Notes: a model not told the origin generated them from the letters alone. A stretch of 64,000 nucleotides of DNA from a virus (IMGVR_UViG_3300042009_000020:37780-101779), one strand, 5' to 3'; shown: positions 11,501 to 20,566, counted from the first letter of the stretch. Numbers and translations: made by a program.

Positions 11501-14500
11501 CGCTGGTAACATCACCATACTCAATACGGAGGTTCATTTCCAAGAGTTGGATGAATTGTACGCTGGTAATGAAACAGACGCCCAGATTGCAGACGCATTG
11601 ATGATTGCAAAAGGTACTGCTTCTGCTAACGAGTCATTGACTTCGGAAGTTACACAGCAGGGTGATTTGATTAAGGCTCAGGCCGAAAGCATTACTGACC
11701 TTGCATCGTCGTTGTCCTCAGTTGATGGTGATGTTTCTGCTCAAGGTGTTGCGATTGAAAATCTGAAAACTGTCACAACAGCTCAAGGCAATACAATCAA
11801 CTCTCAGAGTACAAGTCTCACGTCGTTGACCAACTCGTTGACCGTTACTAACACCAATGTCACAGCTGCGCAAACCGCTGCTGATGCTGCAAACACGTTA
11901 GCCGGTGGTAAAGGTAAGGTTATCGTCCAGAACGCAGCACCTGATGTTGCAGACAGGTTGGCACAGAACCTCTGGATCGACACCACTAGTGGAGCGAACA
12001 CTCCTAAAAGATGGTTGACTAGTGCATGGGTTGCAGTGACAGACAAAGTAGCTACCGATGCAGCAGCCGCTGCGGCAAGTGCACTTAGTCAAGTTGCAAC
12101 TAAGGCTGAAGCCAGTGCATTGACTTCATTGACCACTCGTGTGACAAGTGCTGAAGGAACAATAACAACTCAAGGTCAATCAATTACAACCTTGAACAAC
12201 TCTCTAACTACAACTAACACTAATGTGACAGCCGCTCAGGCTGCTGCGGATGCAGCGAATACATTAGCTGGTGGAAAGGGTAAAGTTATTGTTCAAACCG
12301 CTGCTCCAGCAGTTGGTGATCGACTTGCTCAGAACTTGTGGATTGACATTACAGGTAATGCTAATACCCCGAAACGTTGGGATGGAAGTGCTTGGACTGC
12401 TGTTACCGATAAGGTAGCTACTGATGCAGCAGCAGCCGCTGCTAACGCATTGAGTGTTGCTAACACTAAAGCAGACGCTTCAGCTGTAACGGCTCTGACA
12501 AGTCGTGTAACTACTGTAGAAGGCACTGTAACAACTCAGGGTCAAAGTATTACAACTCTGAATAACAGTCTGACTACTACCAATACCAATGTCACTACTG
12601 CTCAGGCAGCAGCTGATGCCGCTAACACCCTTGCGGGTGGTAAAGGTAAGGTGATGGTTCAAAGTGCTGCACCGGCTGTCGGAGATAGACTTGCTCAAAA
12701 CCTTTGGATTGATACAACAGGTAACGCCAATACTCCAAAGAGATGGGACGGTAGCAACTGGACTGCTGTGACTGACAAAGTGGCAACAGATGCAGCAGCC
12801 GCTGCTGCTAACGCCTTGAGTGTTGCTAATACTAAAGCTGATTCGTCAGCGGTATCAAGTTTGACAACACGAGTTACAACTGCTGAAGGTTTGATCACAA
12901 GTCAAGGTTCAAGTATTACTTCGCTGAATAACAGTCTGACTACTACTAACACTAACGTGACAACAGCTCAAAACGCTGCACAAGCTGCTAGTGATTTGGC
13001 TGGTAGTAAAGGCAAAGTGTTCTATCAAACTGCTGAACCTGCTGTTGGTGAAAGACTGTCGCAAAACCTTTGGATAGACATCACTGGTGCTGCAAATACA
13101 CCTAAGCGGTGGAACGGCAGTGCATGGGCAGCTGTAACTGATAAAGTGGCTACTGATGCAGCTACAGCTGCTGCAAGTGCGTTGACACAAGTAGCAACTA
13201 AAGCGGATGCTTCGGCATTGACAGCCTTGACTAACACTGTGACCTCCCAAGGTACTAGTATTACAACCAACGCTAGCAATATCACCCTGCTCAATACTGA
13301 CGTTCACTTTCAAGAGTTGGATGAGTTGTATGTCGGTAATGAAACTGATGCTCAAATTGCTGATGCGTTGATGATCGCTAATGGTGCTGCTTCTGCCAAT
13401 GAGTCGTTGACTGCTGAAGTTACACAACAAGGGGATCTGCTCACGGCTCAGGCTGTAATGATCACAGACCTTTCGAGTGAACTTTCTAATGTTGACGGTG
13501 ATGTGGTTGCCCAAGGGACGGCTATTGAAAACCTGAAAACTGTAACAACAGCACAAGGTAATACAATCAATTCCCACGGTGTATCGATCACATCTCTCAC
13601 TAACCGTGTGACAAGCGCTGAAGGTAACATCACGGGTCAAGCTACTGCTCTATCTGCTCTGGATACAAGAGTAACATCAACCGAAGGTACAGTGACTTCC
13701 CAAGGCACTAGTATTACAAGTTTGACAAGCTCCCTCGCCACAACCAACACTAACGTCACAACAGCCCAGAACGCAGCCAACGCTGCGAATACATTGGCTG
13801 GTGGTAAGGGTAAGGTTCTGGTACAAACCACAACGCCAGTGACAGCTGATCAACTCGTACAGAACCTTTGGATAGACATCACTGGTAGTGCGAACACGCC
13901 AAAACGTTGGAATGGTTCAGCTTGGGTTGCCGTGACAGATAAGGTAGCTACTGATGCAGCAGCCGCCGCTGCTAACGCTCTCTCAGTAGCAAACACCAAA
14001 GCTGATGCTGGTGCTGTAACCACTTTGACAACTCGTGTAACCAACGCTGAAAACAGTATCACTGCCTCGGCAACGAAGCTTGATGGTGTCTACGCTCAAG
14101 TTAACCCTACACTTGCTGGTGACGATGTTGGTCTTGCTGGTTCTGATAGTTATATGGTTGGTGTCTGGTCTGAAACCTCTGCTCGTATTGAGGATGGTGT
14201 TGTTTTGGGTTCACGTGTTGATACTGTTCAAGTTTCTAGTGATCAGGCGTTGACACTGGCTGAAGCTAACACTGCTGCTGTTCAACAAGTGTCACAAGCA
14301 CAGGTTGATGCAGACGGTAGAGCAAGCGCAATGTGGTCTGTCAAGTTGCAAGTTAACCAGTTCGGTCAGTATGTTACAGCTGGTATTGGTCTTGGTATTG
14401 AGAACGGTCCTGCTGGTCTGCAAAGTACATTCTTGGTGAACGCTGATACATTCGCAATCACTAACGGTGTTGATGCAAACCTAAGTGCACCATTTGTAGT

Positions 14501-14753
14501 GAATGGTGGTCAAGTATTCATCAAAGACGCATTCATTGCCAACGGTAGTATTACAATGTTGAAGATTGGAGACACTCTGCAATCTGATGACTTTGTTGCC
14601 GGTATCCAAGGATGGAGGTTGACTAAAGCTGGTACATTTGAAATCAACGGTCATGTACCCGGACAAGGTACAATGGTTATGACTAACCGCTCTTTGAGAG
14701 TATATGACGTAAACAACGTCAAGCGTGTGCAACTTGGGGATCTATCGGAATGA
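5511..14753 (+). CDS. J: host specificity / central tail fibre protein J, massively repeat-expanded (3080 aa)
   Basis: N-terminus (GGKGGG..HTP..NLLSV) and first ~900 aa align with lambda gpJ incl. FN3 domain; then ~1800 aa of Thr/Ala/Ser-rich tandem repeats; distinct C-terminal domain. Confidence 0.9.
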   Translation: MLDYEIHGGKGGGDKPHTPVETPNNLLSVAYAKVLIAVAEGELAGVPTNQDIFLDGTPLANPDGSLNFGGVKWEWRSGTQDQTYIQGLPEVSTEYNVGVELKSTTPWVRNITKTELDGVRVTFQWPALLEQKSNGDTVGVSMDYKIQLSKDGGAFTDYKTYTISGKTNTTYERTHRIDLPKATTGWIIRAVKLTADTTSGTIQDTMTVKSVAEVVDVKQRYPNTALLYVEFDSRMFGGGSIPKVSVRTKGRVIRVPDNYDPVARTYSGVWSGAFKWAWSDNPAWVYHDIITQDRFGLGNKVSLNMVDKWALYEISQHCDVMVDNGYNVGVLQPRHTCNIYIQEKRDAWQVLRDIASIFNGMTYWNGNQFTAIADKQEPFNNAPVFSRSNVINGRFDYAAADDKSIYTSALVSYDEPENHYNTAVESTFETEQILRWGGDRQIEISAIGCTSRGEAQRRGKYALITNMYNRTVSFRTGLQGLNDEVMPGKLIHVVDPLIGGRPFTGRIKAAVGTVLTLDRTVDAVAGDIMYITKSDGVSEGRTISAVAGNIVTLQVAYTELPKPNAVWYLEAADLKSQLFRVTKITSPEESVYEIEGVEYNDSKYAAVDTGARLEPRPISVVPPNIQQPPTNVNIISQTYVEQMMSVNTMVISWNQTQNAVGYEVQWKVENGDWVNAGTTGALSVTVKGIYTGQYVARVRAINAFDIKSIWVSSALTTLNGKVGLPPALTSLSVEPLVFGMKLNWTFPVGAEDTARTEIMYSPTQFFASATKLGDFAYPQTSHSINGLKAGQTFYFWGRLVDRTGNIGPYFPLTTQNGVMGLSSTDVAEYEEYFIDMINESALGQQLGAKIDKIEIIEADLDLVEIDLDLVKTDVDQIKTDVVQLEVEFDTAIDKVNTNVNWIESQIAGVELQLKNDLVITQGELQTNLDELQVDLEAVDQILADALVTTKKDVDDIKEDVVGLNTTIDTLQDQVDGITDALEYNPNRTYAAGEATRVGNNLYQATQSVPLDTSPPNATYWKNVGEVITAYDALASQVSTNTTNITQQGNTLTTQAGQLTALTTRVNTAEGNITGNSTAITNLQTTVTTQGNSITSQGSLITGLRSDVTSLQTGQSGNASAITSLTTRVTTAEGTITSQGQSITSLNATVGTLQTDLNGVESTVLGQGTAINGLTTTVTQQGNTLTSHGTSITALENSVSDIQTDVSGLTTTVTGQGTSITNLQNTVTQQGNTITAQAQDITTLKSDVLIDKTDISGLKTTTTAQGTAITNLQTTVTSQGNSITSNSNSITNLTSDLHFNELDALYEGNETDAQIADALVISKATASATESLTTTVTSHEGIITAQGQSITDLKAALEDSDGNIVGQASAIESLKTSVTQQGNTINSQGASITSLDNSLATTNTNVDAAQQAATDANTLAGGKGKVFFQASAPAVGEQLSQNLWIDTTGNANTPKRWNGSAWVAVTDKVATDAATAAANALTQVATKADASAVTALTTRVTNAEGTITSQGTSITSLNNSLTVTNTNVTAAQNAAQAASDLAGIKGEVIYGSTAPTTAQRLPQNLWIDTTSGANTPKRWLTNAWVVVTDKVATDAAAAAASALTQVATKAEASAVTSLTTRVTSAEGTITSQGTSITNLNNSLTTTNTNVSAAQTAAQAASDLAGTKGKVLVQTTTPVTADQLPQNLWIDITSSNNTPKRWNGSAWVVVTDKVATDAAAAAANALSVANTKADASALNALTTRVTSVEGVTTSQGSSITTLTNNLSTTNTNVTAAQAAADAANTLAGGKGKVFYGSTAPATAERLSQNLWIDTTGGSNTPKRWDGSAWTAVTDKVATDAAIAAANALSVANTKADASAVTALTSRVTTAEGSISSQGTSITTLNNSLTTTNNNVTAAQAAAQAASDQAGAKGEVIYGSTAPAVEKRLPQNLWIDTTGNANTPKRWLTNAWVVVTDKVATDAATAAANALAQVALKADSTALTALTNTVTQQGTDISANAGNITILNTEVHFQELDELYAGNETDAQIADALMIAKGTASANESLTSEVTQQGDLIKAQAESITDLASSLSSVDGDVSAQGVAIENLKTVTTAQGNTINSQSTSLTSLTNSLTVTNTNVTAAQTAADAANTLAGGKGKVIVQNAAPDVADRLAQNLWIDTTSGANTPKRWLTSAWVAVTDKVATDAAAAAASALSQVATKAEASALTSLTTRVTSAEGTITTQGQSITTLNNSLTTTNTNVTAAQAAADAANTLAGGKGKVIVQTAAPAVGDRLAQNLWIDITGNANTPKRWDGSAWTAVTDKVATDAAAAAANALSVANTKADASAVTALTSRVTTVEGTVTTQGQSITTLNNSLTTTNTNVTTAQAAADAANTLAGGKGKVMVQSAAPAVGDRLAQNLWIDTTGNANTPKRWDGSNWTAVTDKVATDAAAAAANALSVANTKADSSAVSSLTTRVTTAEGLITSQGSSITSLNNSLTTTNTNVTTAQNAAQAASDLAGSKGKVFYQTAEPAVGERLSQNLWIDITGAANTPKRWNGSAWAAVTDKVATDAATAAASALTQVATKADASALTALTNTVTSQGTSITTNASNITLLNTDVHFQELDELYVGNETDAQIADALMIANGAASANESLTAEVTQQGDLLTAQAVMITDLSSELSNVDGDVVAQGTAIENLKTVTTAQGNTINSHGVSITSLTNRVTSAEGNITGQATALSALDTRVTSTEGTVTSQGTSITSLTSSLATTNTNVTTAQNAANAANTLAGGKGKVLVQTTTPVTADQLVQNLWIDITGSANTPKRWNGSAWVAVTDKVATDAAAAAANALSVANTKADAGAVTTLTTRVTNAENSITASATKLDGVYAQVNPTLAGDDVGLAGSDSYMVGVWSETSARIEDGVVLGSRVDTVQVSSDQALTLAEANTAAVQQVSQAQVDADGRASAMWSVKLQVNQFGQYVTAGIGLGIENGPAGLQSTFLVNADTFAITNGVDANLSAPFVVNGGQVFIKDAFIANGSITMLKIGDTLQSDDFVAGIQGWRLTKAGTFEINGHVPGQGTMVMTNRSLRVYDVNNVKRVQLGDLSE
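8630..14060. repeat. hierarchical in-frame tandem repeats inside J
   Basis: ~10 copies of a 363-369 bp unit (NLWIDTTGNANTPKRW.GSAWV.VTDKVATDAA..) at 9833,10196,10559,10928,11291,11958,12327,12696,13062,13863, grouped in three super-repeats, each preceded by a ~300-bp variant segment (HF.ELD.LY.GNETDAQIADAL); shorter QG.SIT.L heptad-like repeats from ~8640. Confidence 0.9.
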
Positions 14754-15079
14754 GTTTTGGAATGAGAACATGGAGCGCCAGTGGCGCTCCTGAGGTTGAC
14801 ACGGGTAACTTTACATATCAAGTTATCCACAATCAAGTTTATCAATTAACAGTGAATGCTACTATTACAGTACCCATTTCTGGATTTAGTCCCTCAACGT
14901 GTGTTGCCGTAATCTTACCTACACAGGCACCTACAGCAGAAAATAGTTTGAACGCACTTCCATATCAAACAGTTGGTGAGGGAGTTGTAACAATCAAGTC
15001 TCGTAACCCAAGTGAGCCATCTTCTACGATTGGTTCTGCTATTGAGTTTAGGCTTTTAGTGATGAGGTATGCAAATTGA
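14750..15079 (+). CDS. hypothetical tail-associated protein
   Basis: 109 aa ORF overlapping J stop (ATGA), same operon. Confidence 0.5.
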   Translation: MSFGMRTWSASGAPEVDTGNFTYQVIHNQVYQLTVNATITVPISGFSPSTCVAVILPTQAPTAENSLNALPYQTVGEGVVTIKSRNPSEPSSTIGSAIEFRLLVMRYAN

Positions 15080-15768
15080 CATTCGGACTGACGGTATCCA
15101 ACGATACTAACTACATACAGATTGATTCTGAAACACCAAGGTTGTGTTCATTGTTTAATGGTGCTTATCAAGCGGTAGGTACACACATTGCAACTGTAAC
15201 TTTCCCAGCAGCAATTACAACAAGTGAACCACCGTGCATTTTCATAAGAAATGACCCAAGTAGACCGAATGACTTGTATAAACAAATGGTACTGAGTGGT
15301 GGTTCGGGTAACTGGACAGGGTTTCAAATCATAGCTGGTAACAGTACACATAGACCATTGGGGAAATGGTTTGCTGCGGCATTTGCATCACTGGCAAATT
15401 CTTCATACGGTCTTCGTATTTGGGCTGCAAATGGTGGCTTGTGTTACGACTCGGGTGCTGTTCCTGTAATTGTAACTAAAGCAAACCACTCTTGGTCCTA
15501 TCAGGGTAGCGTACAACTCCCTGATTATGGTGCTCAGTATTATTATAGGAATGAACTGGTTTCTACGCTTCAATCCGATGAGTATTTTATGATTAATCCT
15601 TTCTCGCGAGGGGTTCTAACCCCACAAAGCATGAACTGGACTGACGTTGGTATTAGGTTCAACTACACAGAAAATAGATTGCAGTTATATATGGTGGCTG
15701 TTGGTTCTGGTCCGTGGACTGATCAGGGTCAACCCGCTGCTGTATTCGCCCGACTACCGGGAACTTAA
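15076..15768 (+). CDS. hypothetical tail-associated protein (TTG start)
   Basis: 230 aa ORF, TTG overlapping preceding stop (TTGA); no internal ATG for 70 codons. Confidence 0.5.
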   Translation: MTFGLTVSNDTNYIQIDSETPRLCSLFNGAYQAVGTHIATVTFPAAITTSEPPCIFIRNDPSRPNDLYKQMVLSGGSGNWTGFQIIAGNSTHRPLGKWFAAAFASLANSSYGLRIWAANGGLCYDSGAVPVIVTKANHSWSYQGSVQLPDYGAQYYYRNELVSTLQSDEYFMINPFSRGVLTPQSMNWTDVGIRFNYTENRLQLYMVAVGSGPWTDQGQPAAVFARLPGT

Positions 15769-15785
15769 TTGAGGAGAAATGAAAC

Positions 15786-16361
15786 ATGGCTAAACAAACA
15801 ACAGTTGCCACCACAACAGGTGGTGTATGGACCACTCTTGTATCTGGTGAATGTACAGTGGCAGCTCTTGTAGCCAACGCCACCGTAGACAGTACCCTTG
15901 TATCACTGAGAGTCACATTGACCGGTGGTACATTCTCATACATTCTACCACTGAACACGCTCCCATTGAATACACCAGCACGACTGGCTGTTGGTGGTAT
16001 TTCACTTAAAACAGGCGACAAACTTGAAGCCATGTCTAGTACTGGCGTTCAATGGATGACAACAACTATTACCGGTGCTGCGTATTCGAGTGCCATTGTT
16101 ACCAGTCCAAGTAATGAAGCTTGGACAACGTTGAAGACTGGACCAGCAACAGTTAGGGCATTGTTCCTCAGTGCACCATCTGGTGGTAGTTTTGGTGTTA
16201 GACTGCATAAGACAACATCAGACACATCGATTGTACTAAGTGAAGAACTTACTGCTGGTGGTAGTAAACGACTAATGGTTCCTGTTGTACTTGCTGCCAC
16301 TGAAAGCATTCAAGTTAAAGGAACCGCAACAGCTTATTGGATTGCAACAGGAGTAGAATGA
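15786..16361 (+). CDS. hypothetical protein, Thr/Val/Ala-rich, likely structural
   Basis: 191 aa, GGAG SD, between J and large fibre gene. Confidence 0.5.
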   Translation: MAKQTTVATTTGGVWTTLVSGECTVAALVANATVDSTLVSLRVTLTGGTFSYILPLNTLPLNTPARLAVGGISLKTGDKLEAMSSTGVQWMTTTITGAAYSSAIVTSPSNEAWTTLKTGPATVRALFLSAPSGGSFGVRLHKTTSDTSIVLSEELTAGGSKRLMVPVVLAATESIQVKGTATAYWIATGVE

Positions 16362-16362
16362 T

Positions 16363-19300
16363 ATGAGTACAATGGGTTTTGTTTCTACATTGAATGGAGC
16401 GGAAGATGCCGCTTCTCTTAACCTTGACTTCAAGAATCAAAAATATAAAGTGAGTGGTGTAAATAAGACGTTCAATGACTTGATCACGTTTACACGAGCT
16501 TCTGTTGGTGGTCGCTGGAATGCCAGTGGTGTTTATGAAGTGCTGCCGAATAACCAACCACGGTTTGATTATGACCCAATTACAAAGGTATTGAAAGGTT
16601 TACTTGTTGAGGAGCCTCGTACCAATTGGTTAACATATTCTAATGATTTAAGTAATGCTGCTTGGGTAAAAGTTAACTCAACACTAAACCCATCTTCCGC
16701 CGTATCGCCAGAGGGGTTACTGAATTCCGATATGGTAATAGAGAATACAGTCAGTACCAACCACGGGTTCAGCAGAGATATCACAGTGGTATCGGGTCTT
16801 ACATATACTGTTTCATTTTTCATCAAAGAGGCTGGACGCAACCTAGTAAGACTTCGACTCGGCCAAGCAGGTGGTGTTAGTGGTACAATCATAAGTGATG
16901 CTAACTTTGATCTGAATACAACCACATTTATTAGCGGTTTCTCTGCAACATCACCAACAATTGTAGATGTTGGTAGTGGTTGGAAAAGGATTTCATTAAC
17001 AGCAGTCGCCGCCAGCGCAACACTTGGGATTTCCGTGCTGTTCATAGATACAGGAACTAACGTATCATATGCTGGTAATGGTGTTTCTGGTGTTTCCTTC
17101 TATGGTATGTGTGTGGAATCTGGATCATTCTCAACGTCATACATCCCGACACCAACAATATTCACATCTCGTTCATCTACAGCAACATACTTTGATACAA
17201 ATGGTGTGATACAAACTGCCGATGTCAACGTAGCCCGTAGTAACGCTTACGGATATGATTCAACTGGGGTGATTAAGCCTATAGGTTTGCTGGTTGAAGC
17301 AGCCGCAACAAATATGCTTACCGCAAGTTCAAAGTACGATGACTCATCTTGGACTAAAGTAGCAAGTACCGTCGCGAGAGCTACAGAACCTGACCCAACT
17401 GGAACGCTCGATGCTTGGGCACTCAAACCATCAGCTGGTACGGGTGTGGTTGGTAGGATTTCAAAGCCATACTCTGCTGTATCTGGTACAACATACACGT
17501 TGAGTGTTTATGCTAAAAAGAAGGAGATTAGCTTCCTTAGATTACTAACGACAATTGACGGTACAGCAACTGTTCCACAAGCGCATTTTGATTTGAGTTC
17601 ATTGGTGACAGGTTCTGTTACAGCTTCAACGGCAATCGTTACTGGAGCTTCTAATGAGTGGGTAAGATGCAGTATTACATTCGTGGCACCAGTCACTGGT
17701 GCTGGTGTTGTATTCATTCAAGCGGCCACCAGCCTTACCACAGGAGCATACACAGGTGACGGCACACCCTCTGTCATCCTTTCATTAGCACAACTTGAAA
17801 CAGGAACGCTCAGTTCTTACATTCCAACCCCAGTAGTATTCACCAGTCGCGCATCAACTGCAACATATATCGGTTCAGATGGACTGCTGCAAACTGCTGC
17901 TGTAAACATTCCACGGATTGATTATGATCCTGTGAGTAAGATCAGCAAAGGACTATTGGTTGAAGCGGCGGCAACTAACCTTGCCACATATACAACAGCA
18001 CTACACAGGTCTTGGGCTGCTACTTATGTAGCTATTGTTCCTTATGATACAGTTTCCCCTGATGGTACACTCACTGGCGCCCGCCTTGTTGAAACAATAG
18101 CGGATAACGAGCATCGTCTTTACACTGCTAGTATTCCTGTTACATCAGGACTAACATACACTGGATCAATTTGGGTAAAAGCCGGATCGAGACGATATGC
18201 GTATCTTCACTTCTCCAACATTGGTTCATGGGGAACAGACACAACAATGTCTGCGAAGTTTGACACACTAACTGGTACAATTTTAGCAGCTGGTAGTGCT
18301 GTAATCGCTAAAGTAGAAACAGGACCGAACGGATGGTTCCGACTCATCATCACATCAACTGCTATATCTTCATCGCCATCCAGCGGAATGAGTATTGGTA
18401 TGTGCGACGATAGTGCCGCTGTATTGGGGCGTGACTACTATCTAGGTGATGGTAATAGTTTTATCCACATTTGGGGACCACAGTTTGAACAAGGATCATC
18501 TCCTACTTCTTACATTCCAAGTGTTGATACATTCTCCAGTCGCGCATCAACAGCTACATATATGGATGAAAATGGTGTACTGCAAACTGCATTATCTGGT
18601 GTGTCACGGGAAAACTCTTACGGGTATGATTCTACAGGTTCAATCAAACCTATTGGGTTGATGATTGAAGATTCTCGTACTAACATCTTAACTCACTCAA
18701 CTGTCCCTAACTTTGTGGCAACATGGTCAACAACTGGTGGTCTCGGTGTATTAGGGGGTCAACAGGCACCTGATGGTAGTTACACTGCTGTTGACATCAT
18801 TGAGGGTGGTTATACTGCTCAGCATGAAATCTTGCGGTTCTACACACCGACTTCTGGATTTAATTACACACACTCTGTTTACATCAAAAAGGTGAACAGG
18901 AAGTATGGTTACTTGTCAGCTTACTCATCTTCTGCGTCAAACACCTTCTTGGTTGATTTGGACACGGGTGATATTGTACAGAGTTGGACTTCTGGTTCCA
19001 TAGGAACAATGGCTCCGGTTCGTAAAGTTGAGCGAGCTGGTAATGGTTGGTGGAGACTTTCGTTAACACATACTGCCGTTAACGCAAACAACATCTACAT
19101 TATTGCTGGTGGCTCAGATTCATTAAGTCCGGGCTTGGTTAATACACGACCTTCATATTTGGGTAGTGGTATGGTGGGTGTAAGTATATGGGGACCACAG
19201 TGTGAGGTCGGTGCTGGGGTAACCACATACATTCCAACACCAGTAACATTCGCAAGTCGCGCTTCTACAGCAACATACTTTGATATCAATGGTGTATTGC

Positions 19301-20547
19301 AAACAGCAGCATCAGGTGTAGCACGAGAAAGTGCGTATGTGTATGACTCGGTTGGTGTATTGAAACCAGTCGGACTGTTGTTGGAAAGTCCTGCAACTAA
19401 CCTCACACTACAGTCTAATTCAGACACGACAATTATCGCAACGCGAGCAACATACACATCAACCGGTCAATTGTTTGTTGATGGTATAACACCATTACGT
19501 CTACTCAAGGAAGACAATACGGTAACTAGCAGTCACTTCGGACAACCACTTAACGTTACACTTGCAGCAAGTACCTATTATACTGGTAGTTACTTTGTAA
19601 AGGCTGCTGGACGAACTAAACTTTGCCTCCAAGCAGTTAACAGTGGTTCATGGTTACCTTCTAGCCCAAGGGTTGATTTTGACTTAACCGCTGGTACAGC
19701 GATTGGTAGCTTTGGTGCAACCGGAACAATTCAGAAAATGTCTGGTGGTATCTATCGAATTACGATAACAGCCACCACTGGTGCGTCAGGAGTCGCTTCG
19801 GCATTCTACCCTGTTCTAATTAACGATAGTGGATTGACTGTCTACAGTGGCGACGGTAGCTCTGGAATTTACATTGGTGGTTATCAGATTGAATTAGGTT
19901 TGGTTGCTACTTCGTATATTCCTACTGCTGGTGCTGCTGTTACTCGTGCTGGTGACGGAGTTACATCGTCAACAGTAACACGGGCTGCTGATGTTACATC
20001 CTCGGCTCAAGTAACACGGGCTGCTGATGTGTACACGTCACCAACAGTAACGCGGGCAGCTGATGTTACTTCATCTGTAACAGTAACACGTGCTGCCGAC
20101 ATTGCAAGTGTTAACAACTTGTCACCGTGGTTAAACGTCAATGAAGGTACTTTGTGCATTTCTATGTTGGAACGGAAGCCGTCGGCTAGTAGCACATTCC
20201 CATTGTCACTGGGTGTAGACTCAAACAACTACATTGGTCTTGCTTACGCGCCCGGTGGTGCAGGTCAGAGCGGTGCCGCATACATCCGTAAGGCTGGTGC
20301 GGGTGGATCTACATCTGATTCATCGTTAAGACTTAAAGTGGCTGCTGCATGGGATGCAACTCAGTTTTCTTCTGCGTCAGATGGTACGTCCAGAGGTACA
20401 GTCACTCACTCAGGTGTTCCAGTTCCAGTTTCAATGTACATAGGTCGTGGGCATTTCGGTGGAAGTACCACTAACAACCACATTCGGGACATCAAATATT
20501 ATCCATTGAAGCTGTCTAACTCAACAATGGAGGCACTTACTTTGTAA
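16363..20547 (+). CDS. modular tail fibre / receptor-binding protein with four tandem ~225-aa modules
   Basis: 1394 aa; motif S.YIPTP..F.SR.STATY.D.NGVLQTA....R...YGYDS.G.IKPIGLL.E..ATN recurs four times (~17150,17820,18490,19200) each followed by a ~170-aa beta-rich putative carbohydrate-binding module; 12-aa VTRAADVTSS repeats near the C-terminus. Confidence 0.75.
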   Translation: MSTMGFVSTLNGAEDAASLNLDFKNQKYKVSGVNKTFNDLITFTRASVGGRWNASGVYEVLPNNQPRFDYDPITKVLKGLLVEEPRTNWLTYSNDLSNAAWVKVNSTLNPSSAVSPEGLLNSDMVIENTVSTNHGFSRDITVVSGLTYTVSFFIKEAGRNLVRLRLGQAGGVSGTIISDANFDLNTTTFISGFSATSPTIVDVGSGWKRISLTAVAASATLGISVLFIDTGTNVSYAGNGVSGVSFYGMCVESGSFSTSYIPTPTIFTSRSSTATYFDTNGVIQTADVNVARSNAYGYDSTGVIKPIGLLVEAAATNMLTASSKYDDSSWTKVASTVARATEPDPTGTLDAWALKPSAGTGVVGRISKPYSAVSGTTYTLSVYAKKKEISFLRLLTTIDGTATVPQAHFDLSSLVTGSVTASTAIVTGASNEWVRCSITFVAPVTGAGVVFIQAATSLTTGAYTGDGTPSVILSLAQLETGTLSSYIPTPVVFTSRASTATYIGSDGLLQTAAVNIPRIDYDPVSKISKGLLVEAAATNLATYTTALHRSWAATYVAIVPYDTVSPDGTLTGARLVETIADNEHRLYTASIPVTSGLTYTGSIWVKAGSRRYAYLHFSNIGSWGTDTTMSAKFDTLTGTILAAGSAVIAKVETGPNGWFRLIITSTAISSSPSSGMSIGMCDDSAAVLGRDYYLGDGNSFIHIWGPQFEQGSSPTSYIPSVDTFSSRASTATYMDENGVLQTALSGVSRENSYGYDSTGSIKPIGLMIEDSRTNILTHSTVPNFVATWSTTGGLGVLGGQQAPDGSYTAVDIIEGGYTAQHEILRFYTPTSGFNYTHSVYIKKVNRKYGYLSAYSSSASNTFLVDLDTGDIVQSWTSGSIGTMAPVRKVERAGNGWWRLSLTHTAVNANNIYIIAGGSDSLSPGLVNTRPSYLGSGMVGVSIWGPQCEVGAGVTTYIPTPVTFASRASTATYFDINGVLQTAASGVARESAYVYDSVGVLKPVGLLLESPATNLTLQSNSDTTIIATRATYTSTGQLFVDGITPLRLLKEDNTVTSSHFGQPLNVTLAASTYYTGSYFVKAAGRTKLCLQAVNSGSWLPSSPRVDFDLTAGTAIGSFGATGTIQKMSGGIYRITITATTGASGVASAFYPVLINDSGLTVYSGDGSSGIYIGGYQIELGLVATSYIPTAGAAVTRAGDGVTSSTVTRAADVTSSAQVTRAADVYTSPTVTRAADVTSSVTVTRAADIASVNNLSPWLNVNEGTLCISMLERKPSASSTFPLSLGVDSNNYIGLAYAPGGAGQSGAAYIRKAGAGGSTSDSSLRLKVAAAWDATQFSSASDGTSRGTVTHSGVPVPVSMYIGRGHFGGSTTNNHIRDIKYYPLKLSNSTMEALTL
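19939..20109. repeat. 36-nt (12-aa) tandem repeat x ~4.75 inside fibre gene
   Basis: GTAACACGGGCTGCTGATGTTACATCCTCGGCTCAA-like units encoding VTRAADVTSSxx. Confidence 0.85.
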
Positions 20548-20566
20548 GTAGTCCTGTAATACAAAC

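Noticed and set aside
8630-14060. Possible CRISPR array because of regular direct repeats
   Set aside because: Repeat unit is ~363 bp with no unique spacers. It is in frame and encodes protein, not a 24-48 bp repeat/spacer pattern.
9000-14062. Many 60-240-aa minus-strand ORFs (e.g. 10193..10453, 10550..10819, 12909..13640, 13850..14062) antisense to J
   Set aside because: They tile the repeat region with the same periodicity and are the reverse complement of Ala/Thr/Val codon runs. They have no RBS. They are shadow ORFs of the J repeats.
19939-20109. 36-nt repeats as a DGR variable region
   Set aside because: No reverse transcriptase or template repeat anywhere in the window. Repeats are simple tandem copies, not adenine-mutated VR/TR pairs.
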